Part shown: positions 22,344 through 31,576 of the stretch, in pieces | How the letters are laid out: every line of letters begins with the position of its first letter | How positions within the stretch are numbered: the stretch's first letter is position 1 | Source: a virus | Lineage: Duplodnaviria > Caudoviricetes | IMG/VR virus record: IMGVR_UViG_3300049043_000052 | Coordinates: 1 to 44,561 of that record | Length of the DNA: 44,561 bases | Strand: one strand, 5' to 3' | Notes under the pieces: generated by a model | Databases searched by the model: none | Told to the model about the DNA's origin: nothing | The model's input: the letters and a program-made list of their open reading frames with translations, nothing else | Position numbers and translations under genes: made by a program

Positions 22344-22939
22344 TCGGTAGCGACGGCCTCCGGGCCGGGTAGTATTGTTCGGGCATCGTCGTCGCGCCAC
22401 TGCGACCGCGAAGCGCGCCAGCCGTCGATAGCGCAACGGAACCGACGCGGCCATCATCGCCGAAGCGCCGGGGCCGTGCGCAAGCTCGATAGCGGCGCGC
22501 ATCGCGGCCACGGCGGCATCGGTCGCGGATGCCAGTCGGTCGCCGTGCGCAAGGGCCCGCATGGATGCACGCGCCGTCCGGGATAGCGCCGCGTCAGGCG
22601 CGCCGATCGGCGTCGGCCGGCCGTCATCACCGGGTACCTCGTCGAGTGACGTAATAGCAACGCCACCGGACGGCGGGCACGAACGCGGCAAGCGTGCCGC
22701 AGTCGTAATACCATACCGCCTTCCTCGCTGCCGCCGTAGGCGCGGTCGAGTTCGTACACAGCGAGGTAGCCGCGTTCTTCGACAAGCGCAACCGACATCT
22801 GCCGCCCGTAGGCGTGGTGCTCACCGTATTGCGCGGCGAGCCGCGCCCGGATGGCCGGCAAGTGCGCGGCTTCAAGTTGTCGCCCGTAGGCGTCTAGCGT
22901 TGGCGCGGTTGCGCCCGTAGCGTCTTCGTCGTGTTGCAT
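22340..22939 (-). CDS. First early gene, hypothetical; frameshifted
   Basis: GGGAG RBS. VYELDRAYGGSEEGG-W-YYDCG and C-terminal YYPARRP, motifs of a common phage early-protein family. Confidence 0.65.
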
Positions 22940-22989
22940 CGGTTTTACTCCCTGGAAAGCGCCGGACGGGATGCCCGGCGGACGGCCGC

Positions 22990-23018
22990 AAGGTAGCGTC
23001 CGGGCATCGTCGCGTCAA
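22990..23018 (-). promoter_or_regulatory. Strong sigma70-type early promoter with overlapping inverted repeat
   Basis: TTGACG-17 bp-TACCTT on the minus strand. Inverted repeat GATGCCCGG (22970-22978) / CCGGGCATC (23000-23008) brackets the -10. Confidence 0.75.
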
Positions 23019-23339
23019 GGGCACGGCGCACTTTTTCGTCGCCCGCCGCCCCGCCCCGCATTACGGCACGCCCGTATTGCCCCGCGCCGCTCGCAAGTCG
23101 CCCGGCCCCCGCGCTCCGTCGGCCCTCAACCGCGCTCGCAACGGCGGTCCCGCTTCGCCAGGGTCGCCAAGGGGAGCGAGCGAACTCTCCCTGGTTCGCG
23201 TCTAGGGCCGGTGGCAGCCCGCCAGGGCGCGCAGGATTCGGACGAGGCCGGTTGCCTAGGGGAGCGAGCGAACTCGTTCCATGCCCGTCGTAGGCGGTTC
23301 TACGGGTGCTGTGGAGCAGGCTTCACCGTAGGCGGCCGC

Positions 23340-23572
23340 TCAACTTTTCGGTAGCCGCCGAAGATCGTGTTGCGGCGGCGGAAGCTTGAGGATCGCCTTG
23401 ACGGTGTTCGGGGATAGCTCGAACTGAGCGGAAAGCCGCCGCCAGCCCAGTCCCCAGTTCTCGTTCAGGTCGCGCAGTTTCTGGACGAGGCGGTCACTGA
23501 TCTTGGCGTTGTGGTGCGCCTCTCTCCGATCTTGCGCCCCGTACGGGATACGCGCAGCTTCACGATCTCCAT
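23340..23572 (-). CDS. Small HTH DNA-binding protein (HNH C-terminal-like domain)
   Basis: IGERHHNAKISDRLVQKLR...WRRLSAQFELSPNTVKAIL. Confidence 0.65.
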
Positions 23573-23728
23573 GTGCCCCCTCGATGCAGATGGAGCGCAC
23601 CACCCATGCGGTCGCCGTTCCAGCGTTCCGCATAGAAGGCCGACAGGCCCATGCGCCGACCGCACTGCTCGCGAGCAGTCGTCTACGGTCAGGCGCATGG
23701 ATGTGCTCATGGGGGCGACGCTAGCGGG

Positions 23729-24557
23729 TTACGCTTCCGGCGGCAAGTCCTCGACCGGCGGCAGCGGATCAGGCTCGACCGGCGGGGCGGCTTCGATGCC
23801 GATCTTGGCCTTGAGCGCAGCCATGGGGTTGGCCGGCGCGCGCGGCGGCGGGCTGGACCTTCAGGTCGTAGTTCTCGTTGTCGTTCTCGACCAGTTGGTC
23901 GATGTCGGTCGAGGACGGCAGCCGCTTCATCAGGCGGCGGAGCACGGTTTTGCGGGCCATCTCTCATACCACGAAGCCCACGGGCCGGCGTCCTCGGCGC
24001 GGCTGACGTTGCGCACCTTCTCGATCTCGTCGAGCGACATGACCTCGCGGTAGATGCCGCCGTCCTTGGTGCGAGCGACGGCGTACGCGGCGATGACGCC
24101 ACCACGGTTCCCGTTCAGCAGCGGCTTGTGGACGATGCGTTCCTCGTCGCCAAGCTCGTACTCGAAGCTGTCGTTCTCGTGGACCGTGTAGGCTGCGATC
24201 GACAGAAGCTCGCCGGAATTGCGCAGCTTCTTCGAGCAGGCCGCCGATCATCGGCATGTACTGCACCATCGGGCCGTTCTTGTCGGAACACCACGGAGCC
24301 GCTTCGCGGCCGTCAAGCAGCAGACCATCCTGCGCGGCCTTCATGGCCGTGGCGAACAAGCTGCGCCGGTCGCACTCCAGCAGTTGAGGGTTCATCTGAA
24401 CCGTCGTGATGACGGTGCGCACGAACTTGCCGACCGGGATCTGCGGCGGCAGCGCGACCGCGAACTCCTTCTCCATGCTTTGCAGCGTGGACCGGAAGCC
24501 TTCGATCGGAGAGAGCGCGCGGGACTGTGCCGGCGCGGGGACGTTGTTGTCGCTCAT
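23729..24557 (-). CDS. recT: RecT-family single-strand annealing recombinase; frameshifted
   Basis: ALPPQI...FVRTVITTVQMNPQLLECDRRSLF..AMKAAQDGLLLDGREA...QYMPMIGGL...GPW...EMARKTVLRRLMKRLP. Confidence 0.93.
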
Positions 24558-25514
24558 CGCTTGCCTTCTTGGGGTAGAAACGGAACTGCCGGTAGCCGGC
24601 GCGTGCGCCGATGTAGGTGCCAACCATGTCGGGCGTCACCAGTTTGCCAGGGCTTGGCTCGGTGTAGCGCACGTCGAGCGCTGCCGAGCGGGCTGGTGAT
24701 CTTCTCGGCGTCGCCAGCGGCGTAGAGCAGCTTGGCTTGCAGGCCATCGACAATCTTCTCGTAGCTGGCCATCTTGGCCTTGGCGTCGATCAGAGTCTCG
24801 ATGTCCTTCTGCATCTGCTCATCGGCGTCGAGCACCTTGCCTTCGGTGACGAAGATCATGTTCTTCCGCAGGTACTCGCCGTCGCGGTCGAAGTCAGGGC
24901 GCGGCTCGGTGCCAGCTTCGATGCTGGCCCAGAACGCCTTGACCTTCGCCTCGATGTCGGCGCAGATGGCCGGCTCGGCCTTGCGCATCAGCACCTTGGC
25001 GTCGTTGCCGCCGACGAGCGCGACGATCGCGCCCAAGGACGAGCCCGAAACCATCAACTGCACCTGTCAGCTGAAGCTCGATGTGGGCGGGAGCTTCGGT
25101 ACTGCGTCGCCAACCTCTTGCCACTGCGAGTCAAAGACCTTGCGATCGACGTTCTTGACCTCCATGAGGCCAACCAAGCCATCCGGTTCTTGCTGGGCTT
25201 GGAAGTCGAACGACGCGCCGAGACGCAGCGCCGGGGATGCGCTGGTAGATCTTGCGCGGCTCCGCCTTCCATCCGAGATCTTCGGCCACGCCGAGGGCGA
25301 CCACCGCCTCCAGGCGGCGGCCCCACTTCATGCGGTCGGTGTCCGTGCGCTGCACGGCTTCGCCCGCCTTCTTGCGGTGCCAAGTCTCGAACAGCGTCGA
25401 GTACGGGTTGAGGCCGTACAGCGTGGCGACCTCCGTCGAGGTCAGATCGACAGCCCGCGCGGCAAGCCATGCTGCCTCGTCGGTGATGTCGAAGCGTTCG
25501 CGGTCGTAGCTCAC
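24554..25514 (-). CDS. YqaJ-like (lambda-type) viral exonuclease; frameshifted
   Basis: WLAARAVDLTSTEVATLYGLNPYSTLFETWHRKK...MKWGRRLE...LMEVKN...QLMVSG...ALVGGN; directly upstream of recT. Confidence 0.9.
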
Positions 25515-25801
25515 GACTGCACCTCCTGATTCGGCGCGGCCGCCGGCAGATCGACGCCGCACCGGATCGCGTACCAACTCACGGCGTGGTGCAGGTTCTC
25601 GCGGCCTGCTCGATGATCCCAGCCGGTAGGCGTCGAACGGGTTCGCGTCGCACGCAGGCACATGCAGGTAGGGCAAGTCCACCGGAGCAGCGGCCACAAC
25701 TCGGCCAGTTTCTCGGCCAGTTCGATGTGCTGATCCATGCCCACAATCTGCTCGACCGGCTGAAGAGTGCCGGTCAACTCCCTTGCTGCATCGTTGTTCA
25801 T
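25511..25801 (-). CDS. Hypothetical protein (CxxC)
   Basis: 96 aa ORF downstream of the divergent promoter region; stop overlaps the exonuclease GTG. Confidence 0.55.
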   Translation of the reverse strand: MNNDAARELTGTLQPVEQIVGMDQHIELAEKLAELWPLLRWTCPTCMCLRATRTRSTPTGWDHRAGRENLHHAVSWYAIRCGVDLPAAAPNQEVQS

Positions 25802-25878
25802 GCCAACGCATGAATACAGATCGACGGGATCGGCAGCAAGTAGAAACTTCCAGAAATCCGTGCTACGATCGCAAGTGC
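25802..25878. promoter_or_regulatory. Divergent promoter/operator region
   Basis: Intergenic between divergent genes. Plus strand TG-c-TACGAT extended -10 only ~9 nt before the HTH ATG. Minus strand TTGCTG-17-TATTCA. Contains TACAGATCGA, shared with 31547. Confidence 0.5.
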
Positions 25879-26091
25879 ATGAAGCACCCTACCTTGGACG
25901 ATCTGCTTGCCCGCATCGACGGCACCTGGGACGAGGTGGCCCAGGAACTCAACATCTCGCAGCGCACCCTTTACAACGTGCGCCACGGACGGCACCGCCC
26001 CAACCGGGCGACCCTGCTGATGATCGCCAACAACCTACGGGTCAAGCCCGAGGTCGTGCTCAAGGCGATCGAGGCGGCAAAGCGCCGCTAG
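25879..26091 (+). CDS. Cro/CI-like HTH regulator (only clear plus-strand gene)
   Basis: WDEVAQELNISQRTLYNVRHGRHRPNRATLLMIANNL. Confidence 0.85.
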   Translation: MKHPTLDDLLARIDGTWDEVAQELNISQRTLYNVRHGRHRPNRATLLMIANNLRVKPEVVLKAIEAAKRR

Positions 26092-26224
26092 CCCTTCTTC
26101 TTCTTGCGTCCGGCCTTCGCCATGGCGATGGCTACCGCCTGCGCCTGCTTGTAGCCTTCGTGGCGCAGCTTGCTGACGTTGGAACCAACGGGCTTGTCCG
26201 GACTTTCCCGCTCTTCAGCGGCAT
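26088..26224 (-). CDS. Small basic phage protein (MPLKxGKS...QAVAIA family)
   Basis: MPLKSGKS...SNVSKLRHEGYKQAQAVAIAMAKAGRKKKKG*. Shares a CTAG convergent stop with the HTH gene. Confidence 0.7.
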
Positions 26225-26655
26225 GACGGGTGCTCCATTTCGTGAACGTGGATGTCGACTCCGGTCGGGCCGTTCACGGGCGCGTACCATTTCGACGCCG
26301 TAAGCAGTAGCCACCACGCCGTCGTTCGGACCACCAATCCGACATCGCGTCGAGCACCGCCTTTGACAGGTTGTCGATGTCCGGGCTTGCTCTTGTGCGG
26401 TCGGGGAGGCTCGTCGGCGTACTCTGGGCCGCATCAAGTCCTTCGGCCTCGGCATCCAGAAGACCAGCCGAACGAACACCGGCCCCGTGCTGACCGTCCG
26501 CAGGCTTCGCCAGCAGGCCGGCTGGACGGATCGCAGCCTTCCCAGTCGTCCGCCACATCGGGCGTCGAAGTCCCGACCGAACCTGCCAACGGCGGGCGAA
26601 GCGAACTCGCGGGCTGCCCCTTGGGGATGCCGCCGACGAACAAGTGGTAGCTCAT
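26215..26655 (-). CDS. rusA: RusA-family Holliday junction resolvase; frameshifted
   Basis: FVGGIPKGQP...VRLVFWMPRPK...PDIDNLSKAVLDAMS..W..DGVV. Confidence 0.85.
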
Positions 26656-26811
26656 CTCATGGCGCGTTGTATCGCCGCCACCGTCTCTTGCGCTGCTACC
26701 AGAGCCGATTCCTTCGTCGGTCGCAGCCTCGTCGGTGCAGCACCTGACCCGTCTCCTGCCAGATGACCGCACCGATCCACACGCCTGGGCGGATCATGTT
26801 GACCGTCGTTG

Positions 26812-27201
26812 TCACTTTCGTGCCCTCTCCTGTTCGATCAGCCGCTTGATGTCCTCGCGCTCCCGACGACATGGAAGCCGAAACAGCAGCCGGTCCAAGG
26901 CCAGCAGCCGATCAGCCCGAGCCGCTTCGGCAGCCGCGTCCTCGACGTTGATCTTGCGGTGCTGGTTCTCGCACCCGATCGAGCAAAAGCTGCTCTTCTG
27001 CCCTGGCTTCAAAGCCGTCATGCACCGCCGGCACGACCGTGCCTTGAGCCGCATTCGGTTGATCGACGCCATCTTTCGCATGTTGCGGCACAGGCGGCAG
27101 AACCGCTTGCTGCTGTTGCCGTCGAACCCGATGGCGTCGGGTAGCGTCAGGTCGTGGCCGCGCTGGCAGTGGCTCTTGCCGTGGAATCCCGTGCCGCTCA
27201 T
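26812..27201 (-). CDS. Cys/His-rich Zn-binding protein
   Basis: KSHCQRGH...RFCRLC...CRRC...FCSIGC. Confidence 0.65.
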   Translation of the reverse strand: MSGTGFHGKSHCQRGHDLTLPDAIGFDGNSSKRFCRLCRNMRKMASINRMRLKARSCRRCMTALKPGQKSSFCSIGCENQHRKINVEDAAAEAARADRLLALDRLLFRLPCRREREDIKRLIEQERARK

Positions 27202-27395
27202 TCGTCGTGCTCCAACTTCTCGGCGTCGTGCGGGATCATGCGGTCCCAGTACGCGGTCGGCATCGCCACCATCGTGATCCCAGCGATGCCGTTCGGCGCG
27301 CTGGCGTCGATGTTGACGTAGCGGATTCTGCCTACCTGGGCGTGCGCCATCAGGCGGAACATGGCGTGGATGACGTTGTTGTCGGCGGTGGTCAC
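27198..27395 (-). CDS. Hypothetical microprotein
   Basis: 65 aa with GGAGG RBS, coupled stop/start overlaps at both ends. Confidence 0.55.
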   Translation of the reverse strand: MTTADNNVIHAMFRLMAHAQVGRIRYVNIDASAPNGIAGITMVAMPTAYWDRMIPHDAEKLEHDE

Positions 27396-27614
27396 GGCTT
27401 CGCCTCCTGCTTCCCGGCGCGGAACGCCGTTTGAGCGCAGAAACGCTCACCCAGTGGATCGCCAGCAATCGCACGCGCTCGCCCAGTCATCCGCGCCGAC
27501 CTTGTCGGACAACAGGCACAGGGCATACAGCGCGTCGCTGAGTTCCCTTAGCGATCGCCGCGACTTGCGGCTCTTGGGCGAGCAGTGCCTCGTAGACCTC
27601 GGCTTCGTCGATGT

Positions 27615-27987
27615 TCACGGCTTCGTCTCTTTCTTTCGGCTCCATACACCGCATCGTGTAGCCGCTTGCGGCACGTCTTCAAGTTGTCAAGAGCATTGCT
27701 GCGGTCAGCGATCATGCCGTTGAACACAACGACTTCGTTGCACCTCTGCCCGCCGACGCCGCTGGACTTCGCTTCTGCATCGCTCACTTGCCTCCACATT
27801 TCCTCTGCGTCCAGCAGATGGCGACACAGCATCAACAGCGTGGCCAAGTCCTCGGCCAGCCGTTCGGTGGTGGGATCGTGCTTGGAGTTGTCGCCGATCG
27901 CCCTCACTTGGGCATCGGAGTAGAACAGAGTCATCGGCACTCAGGGCAGTTGCAGAACTCGGCGCGGATCTTGTCGATGTCGGTCAT
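27615..27987 (-). CDS. Cassette-array hypothetical protein (starts MTDIDK); frameshifted
   Basis: AAGGAG RBS, ATGA overlap; shares a 19 bp start repeat with the 29556 gene. Confidence 0.55.
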
Positions 27988-28286
27988 GTTTGCTCCTTTG
28001 CCGCGAGCGCGGTGTGAAACTGCGGCGTGTCGCAGCGGTGGGCGTCGTACTTGTCGCAAGTGCATCCGCGCGTGTAGGTGTTGCAGTAAGACTCCTCCTG
28101 CTCGTGGCGCGGGAGCCTTTTGAAGGCCCCCCAGCACTCCGAGTGCATTTTGGTCGTGTGCACATCACGAGCGTCGGCGATGCGCTGCCGGATGTACGAC
28201 TCCCCGACGGCGATGTCGTTCTCGCACCAGTCGCAGCGGTGCACCTTGCGCGCCGCCTTGACCTCGTCGTGGCTGATTAGGGTCAC
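27984..28286 (-). CDS. Cassette-array Zn-ribbon protein
   Basis: KAARKVHRCDWC...IAVGESY...HSEC; ends TALAAKEQT*. Confidence 0.65.
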   Translation of the reverse strand: MTLISHDEVKAARKVHRCDWCENDIAVGESYIRQRIADARDVHTTKMHSECWGAFKRLPRHEQEESYCNTYTRGCTCDKYDAHRCDTPQFHTALAAKEQT

Positions 28287-28647
28287 TCCTCCCCTTCGCC
28301 GCGAGCGCGGCCATGAGTGCGTCGACAATCGTGTCCATGCTGTTGCGGTTGCCCTCGATGTTGGCTGCGTACCACGCGCGAAGCTGCTCTTCGGGCATGT
28401 CGGTTAGCTCGCTACGCCAGTCGCCGCGGATTATGTTGCACTCGAACTGCTCCCTCCCTTCCCGCTCCGGGTGCCGCCAGCACAGGGCGGTCTCCCACTC
28501 CATGTAGCCGAATCCGGTCATCCGGTGAAGGACGCTGATCCAGCAGTTCTCCCGTACTTGGCGAACGTAGCGTTCGTGGTGCGGATCGGCGGACTCGCGT
28601 AGACCAACGTCAACGCGCTCCCAGACGTTCTGTTGCTCTTGTTCCAT
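28283..28647 (-). CDS. Cassette-array hypothetical protein
   Basis: TGATG start; ISVLHRMTGFGYMEWETAL; ends AALAAKG. Confidence 0.6.
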
Positions 28648-28894
28648 CACTCCCCCTTCGCCGCGAGCGCGGCCTGTAGTGCGGCGAACAGCGTGATCGA
28701 CTGGCCGGCGTACTCGTCACGGACGAGGTCGCACACGCGCGAATACTCCTCGCCGCCGCCTCGATGGCGCGGAGGCGGTCGTTCTCGGCGCGGAGGCGGT
28801 CGAGTTCGACACTCAACTCCGCCGCCTCATCCGTGTACCGTTTCGAGCTTTGCAGCATAACTCGCACTAGCGCCAACTCTCGGTCGTCGTCCAT
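28647..28894 (-). CDS. Cassette-array coiled-coil microprotein
   Basis: MLQSSKR...LDRLRAENDRLRAIEAAAR...QAALAAKGE*. Confidence 0.6.
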
Positions 28895-29160
28895 CACTCC
28901 CCCTTCGCCGCGAGCGCGGCAAGCATTTCGCACCAGTCGTTAAGCGACGGCTGCACTTCGACGTACCCAATACGGGATACGCTCGCCCAAGCGTCACCCG
29001 TAGCCACCTTCCTCGCCGCCGCCTCGATGGCGCGGAGGCGGGCAAGTTCTCTGCGAGTTTGTTCGGCCTCCCACTCTTGCGCCAGATGGCAGCGCTCTCG
29101 GATTGTGCAAAGACAACCTTTGCAGTTTTCGTTAGGAAATGGATTGGTGCTGCTCTTCAT
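28894..29160 (-). CDS. Cassette-array microprotein
   Basis: CKGCLC...LARLRAIEAAARK...MLAALAAKGE*. Confidence 0.6.
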   Translation of the reverse strand: MKSSTNPFPNENCKGCLCTIRERCHLAQEWEAEQTRRELARLRAIEAAARKVATGDAWASVSRIGYVEVQPSLNDWCEMLAALAAKGE

Positions 29161-29556
29161 GGCTGCTCCTTCTCCGCGAGCGCGGTGTACGCAGCGGACC
29201 ATCCGCAGTCGCAGTAGTCCACGGGGTCGATGCGCATGAACGGGTCAGACTGAATAAGCCGCGTGAACAAGCAAGTGGGACAGTGCCCGCCCCACTCCAT
29301 CCAGATCTTCGCCGCCGCCTCGATGGCGCGCAGCCGGCGGATCTCGGTGATGAGGGCGGGGGCGGCATTGAGCAGGGCGACGGTGTACTCATCGTCGGCG
29401 CGCGTGGCAGGGAACTCTCCGCGCAGGGGCTTGCCTTCCCACTGCACCGTGAAGGAGATGAACCCGCTGCTATACCCAGGGGGAGGCTCGGGAGTACTCG
29501 AACGGGCCTTGAGTCGCTTCTGCACGCAACGCCTCCAGCTTGTCGATGTCGGTCAT
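29157..29556 (-). CDS. Cassette-array Ead/Ea22-like protein
   Basis: MTDIDKLE...ALLNAAPALITEIRRLRAIEAAAK...CPTC...CDC...TALAEKEQP*. Confidence 0.6.
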
Positions 29557-29795
29557 GGCTTCGGATCCCTGGCGACCGCAGCGCATAAAGCCTCCACGGC
29601 TTCGACGATCTTCACCGGCCCCCAGTTATCGCGCCACTTGGCGACCAGATCCCTCGCCAGCCGCTCGAACTCGCGGAGGCGTTCGTTCTCGGCGCGCAGC
29701 CGATCAACCTCGTCAATCGAACGCTTCCAGCTTTGCAGCATGGCCTGGACCATCGCGTCGGCTGAAGCGTCGCTCATCTCTGTGTCTTCGGTCAC
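29553..29795 (-). CDS. Cassette-array coiled-coil microprotein (paralogous N-half with the 28894 gene)
   Basis: MLQSWKRSIDEVDRLRAENERLR. Confidence 0.6.
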   Translation of the reverse strand: MTEDTEMSDASADAMVQAMLQSWKRSIDEVDRLRAENERLREFERLARDLVAKWRDNWGPVKIVEAVEALCAAVARDPKP

Positions 29796-30160
29796 GGCTT
29801 TTGCTCCTTGTTGTCCATTTCGCGCCCGAGACTCCAATCTGCGCGAAACGAGTGGCTGGAGCAGTCGAAGATGGCGCGCAGCCGATCGACTTCTGCGCGC
29901 GCGTCGTCGCGCTGCCGCCGTACCGCTGCCACCTCTCGCGGCGCATAGCTCAGAAACTCCAACGAGCACGCCGGGTGCGAGTGGCCGTCCGTGCCTTGCT
30001 CGATGCAGTCGCTGACGATCTTGCGCAGCGTCTCGTTCTCGACGAGCACGGCCTCGATGCAGTGCATCTTGCGTCCTTCTTCGGATTGCCCGCGGATTGC
30101 CCGCGGATTGCCCGCGGATTGCCCGCCGGCCTGGGCGGGTGGGGTAATCGGGTCGGTCAC
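29792..30160 (-). CDS. Cassette-array hypothetical protein containing an 11 bp tandem repeat
   Basis: AAGGAG + GTG start; ...DARAEVDRLRAIF...NKEQKP*. Confidence 0.55.
   Translation of the reverse strand: MTDPITPPAQAGGQSAGNPRAIRGQSEEGRKMHCIEAVLVENETLRKIVSDCIEQGTDGHSHPACSLEFLSYAPREVAAVRRQRDDARAEVDRLRAIFDCSSHSFRADWSLGREMDNKEQKP
30083..30126 (+). repeat. Tandem repeat (GGATTGCCCGC)x4
   Basis: Four perfect 11 bp units. Confidence 0.95.
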
Positions 30161-30351
30161 TTCTTGCTCCTTGCCCTTCGCGGGCTTCATCGGTTCGATG
30201 GTCACGGTGACGCGCTCCACTTGTTCCAGCTTTCGCTTGCGGTTCCACGCGAAAACTTCGGACTCATACAGCAACGGGTGACGCACAAGATGATCGAAGG
30301 CGATGTGCCCGTCTTCTCCGGTGACTGCCCAGAGTGTGAGCGTCTGCTTCC

Positions 30352-30738
30352 TCACGGCATCTCCTTCAGTCCCTGCACGATGTGCGTGGCAAGAACGTAG
30401 TAGTCGGCTGCCTGCTGCTCGGTCACGGGATCTCCGTATCCAAGGATCGCCTGGAGCGTGTCGCAAGCACTGCACGACCCATAGGAGACCTTGACGTACC
30501 AGAAGGTGTCCGGCTGGTAATTGTTCGACGCGATCACGAACAGCAGCGTTCCTTGGTAATCGCCATGGTCGATCTCCGTGATGCGGCTGGGATCGAGGGT
30601 GCCAAACTCGTCGTCGTCCCCAGCAAGCAGTTCGACAACCGTTTTCACGATCTCGCCGTAGTCGTCTGGGTGCTTAGCCGCGAAGCGCGCGCGCGCCGTC
30701 GCTTCGATGGACCTGCCACTTATCGGTGAACTTCTTAA

Positions 30739-30742
<4 letters not shown>
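30352..30742 (-). CDS. Conserved phage hypothetical protein (YGSCSxCD motif)
   Basis: ITEIDHGDYQGTLLFVI...YVKVSYGSCSACDTLQAI. Confidence 0.7.
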
Positions 30743-31534
<792 letters not shown>

Positions 31535-31542
31535 GGCTCCCT

Positions 31543-31570
31543 ACCGTACAGATCGAATCGGAAAAATCAA
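31543..31570 (-). promoter_or_regulatory. Candidate sigma70 promoter for the accessory operon
   Basis: TTGATT-16 bp-TACGGT just upstream of a GGGAG RBS and the 31534 ATG. Confidence 0.5.
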
Positions 31571-31576
31571 GCAGAT

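Larger units (their letters stand above)
27970..29557 (-). repeat. Three interspersed repeat families punctuating the microprotein array
   Basis: 31 bp identical at 28643-28673 and 28890-28920 (variants ~28000, ~28295, ~29170). 32 bp identical at 28747-28778 and 29010-29041 (22 bp at 29309-29330). 19 bp identical at 27970-27988 and 29539-29557. Confidence 0.9.

Noticed and set aside
27970-29557. CRISPR array or integron attC array
   Set aside because: Repeats are protein-coding, of three alternating types, and spaced 70-350 bp apart. No cas or integron integrase gene, and no attC RYYYAAC/GTTRRRY ends.
29792-30475. A single 227 aa gene as shown in the ORF track
   Set aside because: Internal RBS+GTG starts at 30355 and 30160 and the array's KEQ-type ending suggest two coupled genes joined by an indel.
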